Shown piece after piece: positions 23,326 to 30,588 of a DNA stretch of 30,588 nucleotides (the stretch's first letter is position 1; every line of letters begins with the position of its first letter). The position numbers and the translations under genes were made by a program. Location of the stretch: NCBI GenBank assembly GCA_964579095.1, contig CAZOGA010000003.1:1-30588 (forward strand), written 5' to 3'. Origin of the DNA: an uncultured Desulfurellales bacterium (lineage in GTDB: Bacteria > Campylobacterota_A > Desulfurellia > Desulfurellales > Hippeaceae). Below the pieces are notes generated by a model. It was not told the origin of the DNA, did no database searches, and was given only the letters and a program-made list of their open reading frames with translations.

Positions 23326-24828
23326 ATGAGCGTATTAATACCACCAAAAATAACAGTAGGGAAAGATAATACTTTTGTTATAGAGTTTTCTTCATTCTAT
23401 GCGGGTTTTAGTCCAGCGGCACATTTAAACAGCTTGACTGAAATAGGAAATGGCGGACACGCTTCTGATATGAAAAATGTAGATATCTTAGACCCGACAT
23501 ATCTTTCGCAGGGACCGGCATTATCTGATTTAACAAATGGCACGCAAGCAGGCGTTGTTACAGAGTTAATTAACTTTATTTTAGACCAGCCTACTGCCTC
23601 AAACCAAACATACGGAATAGGGGCTACTAAGTTATTTAGAATTACCCCGACAACAGTTGACTCTGGCGGGACTTCTTCTTGGCCTCAAACAGTAACTGAT
23701 ATGACGGATGGCGAAAGCTTGATTCTATTAAAAGGAAATGTTTATGGATTTTACAATAAAACCAGCGGTGGAGATATTTTAAAAATGCCTATAAGCACGG
23801 AAGTGATAGACCCCGACTGGGGAAGCACAACGCCGTCAGGAGCAGGAGCATTACAAAAAGCTATTCATCCAGTAGCTAAAAAAGAAGATTTAATGGTATT
23901 CGGCAACGGTAGATATGTTGGCTATTATAACGCTACAAGCGACACGCTGGATGTAGACAAGCTTGATTTTGGGAATGACGCAAAAGTAGCCGATGTTATA
24001 TTTAATGCCAATCAGTGGCTTATAGCAGTCAATTATGGAATTGCGGGAACAAACAGAACAAGGAGTGAGATATATTTCTGGAATGGTTCAGCTGTTAGTT
24101 CGCTTTTAACGGACGAAACAGCAGTGGGACTTTATAAGATAGGATTTTTATTTCCCATTGCAGGCGTTGTTTTTGTAGCTTATCAGGATTTAAGTTTCAG
24201 CGGAGGGTATCAGATTGGATATATCAATGGCAGAGAATTAAAATCGCTTGGACATTTTACAGGAGCATTGCCTACTTTTGCGCAAAAAACTTTATACAAA
24301 AAAACAATATTATTTATTTCTAGCGCTTTGGTCTGGAGTTGCGGGGCAGTAATAGATGACTTGCCATATCAGATAAGCCAAATTGCAGACGGTGGACACG
24401 CAACAGTTGGAGCAATAGCCTCGCCGTTTGGAACACCGATGATTGCCTCAACAGACGGAAGCGCAAATCATCGTTTAGCTAAATTTGGCTCAACATACGA
24501 TATAACAGGATATTGGAAGTCAGTTATTGCCTCAACGATTTTTGGTAAAATGCTTGGATATATTGATGATGTAATTGTGATAACGAAAGCTCTTGGAGAA
24601 AATGCCAAATGTTTATTAAAATTTGAATATAATCAGGCAGAAAGCGTAACAACAGCGGTAGAAATAACAGGAACAGGAGTGCGCAGACATTTATTTGACG
24701 CAGAAGACTTTGATTTTACAGCAGACGGAATAGAAGATATAAGGCTTTTTCTTGATTATTCATCTGGAAATGCTACGAATCCTTGCCCTATTAAAAAGGT
24801 CTATATTAAAGGACATTTTATAGAATGA
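23326..24828 (+). CDS. tail nozzle (P22 gp10-like, beta-propeller)
   Basis: 500-aa beta-rich protein after adaptor; assigned mainly by synteny. Confidence 0.55.
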   Translation: MSVLIPPKITVGKDNTFVIEFSSFYAGFSPAAHLNSLTEIGNGGHASDMKNVDILDPTYLSQGPALSDLTNGTQAGVVTELINFILDQPTASNQTYGIGATKLFRITPTTVDSGGTSSWPQTVTDMTDGESLILLKGNVYGFYNKTSGGDILKMPISTEVIDPDWGSTTPSGAGALQKAIHPVAKKEDLMVFGNGRYVGYYNATSDTLDVDKLDFGNDAKVADVIFNANQWLIAVNYGIAGTNRTRSEIYFWNGSAVSSLLTDETAVGLYKIGFLFPIAGVVFVAYQDLSFSGGYQIGYINGRELKSLGHFTGALPTFAQKTLYKKTILFISSALVWSCGAVIDDLPYQISQIADGGHATVGAIASPFGTPMIASTDGSANHRLAKFGSTYDITGYWKSVIASTIFGKMLGYIDDVIVITKALGENAKCLLKFEYNQAESVTTAVEITGTGVRRHLFDAEDFDFTADGIEDIRLFLDYSSGNATNPCPIKKVYIKGHFIE

Positions 24829-27317
24829 TAAATTTGACACCCAACAATGTAGTTACAATTCCCGCGCGGGAGAAGATACAAATTCCCCTTTTAGAACATC
24901 CAATGGGGGCTGTTTTAGGTGGAATACAACTTGGCGGAGATGACAGCACGGTAAACGAAAGAAGATTATCAACAATAGCTGACGCAATAAATGTTGACGG
25001 GAATTATATAAATGACTTAATCAATGACCGATTAGATACTGATGCTAAAAACATTTTAGATGAATTCACTTTTGGAGCTTCTGGAGCAATTCAGATAGGA
25101 ACTTATGTTAATGGAGTTTCAGGAGATATTAGACTTAGTCCAAATGGAATAGTGTCAAGAAATAAAACAGGAGCAAATACTATTGCGATTGACGGGACAA
25201 CAGGAGATATAACAATAGTAGGCACAGTTACCGCTACTGCTGGGAATATAGGCGGTTGGGATATTTCTTCTGTCGCTCTTTACAAAGACGGAGCAACTGA
25301 CGCTGTTTCCGCTGGAATGGCGCCCGCAGATTATCCTTTTTACGCAGGGGCTAAATACGCAAACAGGGCTTCAGCTCCTTTCAGGGTTACGCCAGCAGGA
25401 GATTTATATGCTTCTTCCGCCACTATTTCAGGGGCAGTTACTATTACAGGCGGTTCTGGAATAGCTAATTTGACTGACGCAGGAGCTTTAGCAGTTTTAG
25501 ATGTTATAGGCGACGCTCATATTACAGGAACAATTACAGTCAGTCATACAGAAGCTAAATGCACAAATGCTTTAGCAGACCAGACTTCTGCTAATACCGC
25601 AGCGAACATTTCAGGACAAGGAGCTTTGGCAACACAAAACACAGCAGACTTTGCTACAGATGTATCAGGAACTGAAAAACCTGCTAATAACGCGGATGTA
25701 ACCCTTTCAGCGATAAATGGAGGATTAACTGTTACAGGTGGAGGAATTACGCTTGACGCAGGAGGTTCAATTAAAGGAGGACAAACTGCATATAATACAG
25801 GAACAGGGTTTTTCTTGGGATATGATACTGATGCTTATAAATTTAGTGTAGGAAATAGTTCTACTGATTATTTTAATTTTGATGGTTCAAATATTAGTTT
25901 ATCAAGCAATAATCCAAATGCTATTATTATTGACTATGGTTCTGATATTTTGTTAAAACACGGCGGGGATATTAAATTTACATCCGTAACTGCTCCGACT
26001 GCTTGCACAGGAGCTTTAGCAGGAGCAGGTGCTGGGAATGTTGATAATGGCACGCATTATTACAAAATTACTTTCGTAAACGAAGCAGGAGAAACAGAAT
26101 TAGGCACAAATTCAAATAGCGTAACAGTTTCAGATAATACTACAGACGGACAAGTTAGTTTAACTGATATTCCAGTAAGCACATCAGGTTCAGTTACGGC
26201 AAGGAAAATATATAGGACAAAAGCTGGTGATTCAAATTATTATTTAGTAGATACAATATCAGATAATACAACCACTACTTATACTGATAATATAGCTGAT
26301 TCTAGTTTGTCAGGTAATAGAGCAAATTATAAGCAGAATGATAGTTTCGGTAAAGTTGTTGTTGATAATATATTTTCTCTTAGTTTAGGAAATGTTAATA
26401 CTTTTGTGGGACAGAAAGCAGGAGAAAATAATGTTACAGGATTTGGATTAGTGGCTGTTGGGAATTATTCTCTTAATTCTAATACTACAGGAGTATCAAA
26501 TACTGCTGTGGGAAGTCTTTCTCTTCAAACTAACACTACTGGTGATGATAACACTGCAATAGGATATTATACTTTAAATTCAAATACTACAGGATGTAGA
26601 AATACAGCTATAGGTTATTATTCTCTTAATTCTAATACTGAAGGTTATAACAATATTGCTATAGGAGATTTTTCTCTTCCAAATAACACTACTGGTGATG
26701 ATAATATTGCAATAGGACGTTCATCTCTTTATTATAATGAAGGTGATGATAATATTGCTGTAGGAAATTATTCTCTTCTTAATACTAGTACTGGTTATGG
26801 TAACACTGCTATAGGATATAATGCAGGAAAAAGTATTACAACAGGATTCTCAAATGTTTTTATAGGAACTTATGCTGGATTTCTTAATCAAAAAGTAGAT
26901 GCAGAAAATAGTATAGCTATCGGATATAATGCTTATACTACTGCAAGTAATCAGGTTCATATTGGAAATACAGCTATTTCTTGGATTGGCGGACAGGTTT
27001 CTTGGTCAACTTATTCAGATAAGAGAGTAAAGAAAAATATAAAAGACTATACTCACGGGCTTGATTTAATCACTAAACTTAGACCTGTTGAGTTTGATAT
27101 GAAAGATGATAAAACTGCAAAAAGACATAGTGGGTTTATTGCCCAAGAGGTAGAAAAAATAGGAATTCCTTTTTATGGAATAAATAAACCAGTCTCAGAG
27201 AAAGACTTTTATTCTCTTCAGTATGCAGAATTTGTTGTTCCTCTTGTTAACAGTATTCAAGAACAGCAAAAACAAATAGAAAATTTGCAACAAAGATTAA
27301 ACAATTTAAGAAAATAA
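24825..27317 (+). CDS. tail fibre/spike with C-terminal S74 intramolecular chaperone
   Basis: NTAIG repeats; SDKRVKKNI...LRPVEF...GFIAQEV...coiled-coil end. Confidence 0.85.
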   Translation: MINLTPNNVVTIPAREKIQIPLLEHPMGAVLGGIQLGGDDSTVNERRLSTIADAINVDGNYINDLINDRLDTDAKNILDEFTFGASGAIQIGTYVNGVSGDIRLSPNGIVSRNKTGANTIAIDGTTGDITIVGTVTATAGNIGGWDISSVALYKDGATDAVSAGMAPADYPFYAGAKYANRASAPFRVTPAGDLYASSATISGAVTITGGSGIANLTDAGALAVLDVIGDAHITGTITVSHTEAKCTNALADQTSANTAANISGQGALATQNTADFATDVSGTEKPANNADVTLSAINGGLTVTGGGITLDAGGSIKGGQTAYNTGTGFFLGYDTDAYKFSVGNSSTDYFNFDGSNISLSSNNPNAIIIDYGSDILLKHGGDIKFTSVTAPTACTGALAGAGAGNVDNGTHYYKITFVNEAGETELGTNSNSVTVSDNTTDGQVSLTDIPVSTSGSVTARKIYRTKAGDSNYYLVDTISDNTTTTYTDNIADSSLSGNRANYKQNDSFGKVVVDNIFSLSLGNVNTFVGQKAGENNVTGFGLVAVGNYSLNSNTTGVSNTAVGSLSLQTNTTGDDNTAIGYYTLNSNTTGCRNTAIGYYSLNSNTEGYNNIAIGDFSLPNNTTGDDNIAIGRSSLYYNEGDDNIAVGNYSLLNTSTGYGNTAIGYNAGKSITTGFSNVFIGTYAGFLNQKVDAENSIAIGYNAYTTASNQVHIGNTAISWIGGQVSWSTYSDKRVKKNIKDYTHGLDLITKLRPVEFDMKDDKTAKRHSGFIAQEVEKIGIPFYGINKPVSEKDFYSLQYAEFVVPLVNSIQEQQKQIENLQQRLNNLRK
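26391..26897 (+). repeat. ten tandem 17-aa (51-bp) xxNTAIGxxSLxxNTTG repeats
   Basis: Read from translation; 23-bp exact DNA copy at 26464-26486 and 26617-26639. Confidence 0.85.
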
Positions 27318-27318
27318 T

Positions 27319-29478
27319 ATGACACTACAAGAAGAAATAAAAAAGTATATGGCATACAAAATTCCTGCTATTAAAAAGCCAGCAGGAATGACAAAGGCAC
27401 AGAAATGGGATTATGACGCTTATAAACGCAAAGTCTATGGCGATGCTGTATTTAAAGTTAGAGATGCTCAAGCATATTTTAATAATGTTATTTCTAATGT
27501 TGGCTGGAAAGGGATGACTCAATCAGGCAGAGATTTTAGTCTTAAGAAGTTTTTAGGAAAAGCTAAAGCAGATATGCAAACATTGCAAGATACTACTAAG
27601 ATGACATCTTATGGTGGAAGAGGATTTAATCCGTCTCAGCTTTTTGGGACTAAAACTTTAGCGCCAACTACAAAACCGCCTTCTGAATTTGAATTTATGC
27701 AGAAAAAACCTGCTCCTGTAAAACCTGCTCCTACAGCACAGAAAACCCCAGATGTTAGCTTAGGAGACTGGAAAAAGGGAGGACAAGAGGTAAAGCTAAC
27801 CGCCCCTGTAGGAAGCCCTGAGAGGACATCACAGCTAATAGAACGCTCTAAACAACTATTACAAGGTTCAGAGGCAGGTAAACAGCTTGATAAGGCTTTA
27901 AAAGACGAAACTGTATTAGGAGAAATACCGGGCTCTTCGCAAGCAACAAAAAAATTGTTAGAAACAACGCCTCCGATGATTGAAAAAAGCAAAGAGCTTT
28001 TAAAAGGCACTCCAGCAGGAAAAGCATTAGAAAAGAAATTAGCAATTCCAGTCCCGTTGACTCCGCCCGCAAAAGATTTAACGATTGGGGCAACCGTTGG
28101 AACGCCTGATTTGCCAGAAGGAACAACAACGACAGATACAAAAGCATATACAGAGAATATGCTTACTGATTTGCAAAATAAAAAGCAAGCAGTTTTGGAT
28201 ATGTATAATAAGCAGTTAGAGGATATAAGCAAAGAAAGAGAATCCGCAGAAAAGAGTATTGCTGATTTAGAAACTAAACAGAAAGACCTTTTAGAAGGAG
28301 ATGTTAAGCCTTTACTCACAGCATTTCGGGACAAATTGGAAAAATCTGAAAGAGAGCGATTAAAGGTAGAAGATAACTTTTTTGCCAATCAGAAATTAAC
28401 AGAAGAAATGGAAACATTACTTACAGGACTTCAATCAGAAGTAACTTCTGCGGAAGCGCAAACAGGATTATCTTCTATATTGACGCCTAGAATAAATAAA
28501 CTGAAAGAGGATGTAAACGCGCGCGTAGGCGTTATTCAGGCTGTAATGAACGCTAGGAACGGACAGATAGGCGTAGCAAATAATTTGATAGATAGAAGTA
28601 TAAGCAACATAGAGAAAGATAGAAAAGACCAGCTTGCTTATTATCAATCAATCTATAATTTTTATGGAGAACAAAAAGATACTGAAGGCAAAAAATTGAT
28701 TACATTAACTGGTGATCAAAAAGATTATATTAAAAAACAAATCAGTTTCTTAGAAAACGAAGCAGAATTGAGCCAAGAGTCTGTTAATTACATTAAAGAC
28801 GCAATGATAAATCCGCAATATGCTGACTTTATGGGGCGCGCAGGAGTAAAATTAACAGATTCAATCCCAGAAATTCAAGACAAACTTTCTACTGAAACAT
28901 ATAAACAAGAGATAATTGAATTGAACAATAAAATGGAAGAAAATGGATATCAGTTTTTACCAGCAGGACAAGGAACAAAACCAAGCAATGAAATATCAAT
29001 TATGAGAGATAGCAGAGGAAAGGAATATACTTACTGGAAAGAGGGAGGGGGAACCGCCAAAGCCTCAGACTACCAAATAATAACTGACGCTGAAGGCAAC
29101 ACTTGGAGAGTAAATAAACTGACGGGAGAAAAAGAATCGTTGGGGATAACGGGGAAGGGGGCAGGAGGGGGAGAGATAACAATCGGTGGAGTATTAGGAC
29201 TAGATAAAGTAACAGCGAATAGATTTGACAATGATTTAGAACAAGAAATGAAAGCTGTTTATAGCGGTAAATATGGAACAGAAGGAGCAAGAGAAAGAGC
29301 TTTAGCTAATTTACAAGCTAAGTATCCTGGAATTTCTGATGAGATTAGAAATGTTATTTATGGCTCTGATGAGTTCAACGCCGCTTTTCCTGACGGATAT
29401 GAGTCTGATATAGTAAGCGGAAAAAGCAGAGACTCTTTTGACGAAATGATTAATAAATATTTAGCAGAAAAACCATAA
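27319..29478 (+). CDS. putative internal virion / DNA ejection protein
   Basis: 719 aa, Pro/Lys-rich N-terminus, long coiled-coil centre; follows the tail genes. Confidence 0.55.
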   Translation: MTLQEEIKKYMAYKIPAIKKPAGMTKAQKWDYDAYKRKVYGDAVFKVRDAQAYFNNVISNVGWKGMTQSGRDFSLKKFLGKAKADMQTLQDTTKMTSYGGRGFNPSQLFGTKTLAPTTKPPSEFEFMQKKPAPVKPAPTAQKTPDVSLGDWKKGGQEVKLTAPVGSPERTSQLIERSKQLLQGSEAGKQLDKALKDETVLGEIPGSSQATKKLLETTPPMIEKSKELLKGTPAGKALEKKLAIPVPLTPPAKDLTIGATVGTPDLPEGTTTTDTKAYTENMLTDLQNKKQAVLDMYNKQLEDISKERESAEKSIADLETKQKDLLEGDVKPLLTAFRDKLEKSERERLKVEDNFFANQKLTEEMETLLTGLQSEVTSAEAQTGLSSILTPRINKLKEDVNARVGVIQAVMNARNGQIGVANNLIDRSISNIEKDRKDQLAYYQSIYNFYGEQKDTEGKKLITLTGDQKDYIKKQISFLENEAELSQESVNYIKDAMINPQYADFMGRAGVKLTDSIPEIQDKLSTETYKQEIIELNNKMEENGYQFLPAGQGTKPSNEISIMRDSRGKEYTYWKEGGGTAKASDYQIITDAEGNTWRVNKLTGEKESLGITGKGAGGGEITIGGVLGLDKVTANRFDNDLEQEMKAVYSGKYGTEGARERALANLQAKYPGISDEIRNVIYGSDEFNAAFPDGYESDIVSGKSRDSFDEMINKYLAEKP

Positions 29479-29479
29479 T

Positions 29480-30588
29480 ATGGCTTTTAATTTATTAGAA
29501 CATATAAAAAAAGTAAAAACTCCTAAATTCTTAAGAGGAGTAGCTGGACAGTATCTCTTTAAAAAAGAGCCTGATTATGGCAAGCCAATGACTTTTAATG
29601 TAGGAGAAGGGATGACACAAGCTCAAACAAGAGTAGCTGAAAGAAAACTTAAAGGAATGGAAGCACCAGCAGAACCCTCAATAATGACTAGACCATTAAG
29701 TGATTTGATTAAAAGAGGCGTTACAAAAAAGATTGAGAAAGAAAAAGAATTGTCAGCAATTAAAGAAAGGTCTCCTAGAAAATATCGTCTTATTATGAGT
29801 CCTAATCCTGTTAAAAAGAAAGCAGTGAAAGAAGGGCTTATCACTCAAAAGGAATCTGATTTATTTGGAGTAGAGATTAGCCCTGGCTTTACTGGAATGG
29901 TAGAAAAGAATATAGAGAAAAAGGCTGTTCCTGAAATTACAAAAAAAGCAAAGCCCATCGTAACAAGATTAAAAGATTTGTTTATTAAAAAAGCAAAGAT
30001 TGCTCCGAAGATTCCTAAAAAGCCGATTGCAAAAGAATCAGGGGTTAAACAAACAGTAAATATTGAATCAATAAAACTTCATCCAAGGGAATTCCAAAAA
30101 GCCCAAGCAGAGGGGAAGAGTTTTGAGGAGTTTGCGGATGAAGAGTTTAGATTAAGTAAACCTGATGTTTATTTACACGCAACCACCAGAGATAATATGA
30201 AGTTAATAGAGAAAGAAGGTTTTAAGACTGGTATAGGTGATAGAAGTCAAGGGATGACAAAAGGAAATGGTGTTTGGTTATATAGCGAACCTAAAGATGT
30301 AATGCGTTTCAAGAATTCAGATATTTTTAATGGTAAAGAAACTGGATTAATAGATGTAAAAGTAACAGGGAAAATTGCAAAAGTTGATAATGTTTTAAAA
30401 GTATCCAGCGACCCAAATCTTATAAAAAAATTAAGAGGAGAGGGATATATTGGGATAGAAGGTAATGAAACTGTATTTCCAAAGACTGGCTTACCTATAA
30501 AAACACAGGCAACATTTATATTTAAACTAGATAAAATCAAAACCAAATCCCAACTAAAAGAACTCTGGGATAAAGGAGTAAAAGAAGT
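29480..30588 (+). CDS. large ejection/polyvalent protein, 3'-truncated, with ART-like domain
   Basis: Manually translated, open to window end; YLHATTRDNMKLIEKEGFK...GNGVWL...LRGEGYIGI...TFIF. Confidence 0.7.
   Translation, partial: MAFNLLEHIKKVKTPKFLRGVAGQYLFKKEPDYGKPMTFNVGEGMTQAQTRVAERKLKGMEAPAEPSIMTRPLSDLIKRGVTKKIEKEKELSAIKERSPRKYRLIMSPNPVKKKAVKEGLITQKESDLFGVEISPGFTGMVEKNIEKKAVPEITKKAKPIVTRLKDLFIKKAKIAPKIPKKPIAKESGVKQTVNIESIKLHPREFQKAQAEGKSFEEFADEEFRLSKPDVYLHATTRDNMKLIEKEGFKTGIGDRSQGMTKGNGVWLYSEPKDVMRFKNSDIFNGKETGLIDVKVTGKIAKVDNVLKVSSDPNLIKKLRGEGYIGIEGNETVFPKTGLPIKTQATFIFKLDKIKTKSQLKELWDKGVKE

Noticed and set aside
24825-27317. Diversity-generating retroelement target
   Set aside because: No reverse transcriptase and no TR/VR pair differing at adenines in this window; the repeats are ordinary tandem protein repeats.
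27832-28041. 47-aa-spaced internal repeat in the ejection protein (IERSKQLLQG / IEKSKELLKG)
   Set aside because: Real but diverged two-copy repeat in a low-complexity region with no functional clue.
724-30546. All minus-strand ORFs in the track, plus shifted-frame plus-strand ORFs (9501, 11936, 21881)
   Set aside because: They are shadows of well-supported plus-strand genes, with F/L/S-rich composition typical of antisense to A-rich coding DNA.
1-30588. Stop-codon reassignment (TGA or TAG recoding)
   Set aside because: Core genes are full length in the standard code, and all three stops end genes with tight coupling.
1-30588. tRNA, rRNA or integrase genes
   Set aside because: No cloverleaf, rRNA-like stretch or recombinase motif recognised by eye; a tRNAscan run would confirm.

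Overview
A contiguous, AT-rich, entirely plus-strand segment of a tailed dsDNA phage. Order: (i) 1-5.6 kb, a dense array of small early ORFs including a GNAT-like ORF, an HTH, a minimal nucleotidyltransferase and a membrane-anchored lytic transglycosylase; (ii) 5.6-9.0 kb, a recombination module (Sak4/AAA_24-like ATPase, PD-(D/E)XK nuclease, SSB-like protein, RusA); (iii) 9.0-11.0 kb, small ORFs behind a sigma70-type promoter; (iv) 11.0-30.6 kb, P22-like podovirus morphogenesis genes (TerS, TerL, portal, scaffold, major capsid, papain-like protease, C1q fibre, adaptor, nozzle, tailspike with S74 chaperone, ejection proteins, and a truncated protein with an ADP-ribosyltransferase-like domain). 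Starts lack Shine-Dalgarno motifs while promoters are TTGACA/TATAAT-type, which suggests a Patescibacteria (CPR)-like host (inference only). Most notable: (1) an HNH gene right after the capsid gene, bounded by a 22-bp direct repeat of the capsid 3' end and by a long inverted repeat that pairs its own start codon with its own 3' end; (2) several other single-gene cassettes bounded by 19-26-bp direct repeats of gene termini; (3) three membrane-anchored proteins clustered with a cysteine protease inside the structural module; (4) an H-type pseudoknot before the scaffold gene and a promoter-terminator leader before the portal gene; (5) unexplained enrichment of AAAGGTCG and CGCGCG. All family assignments are from motif recognition by eye; no database searches were run.
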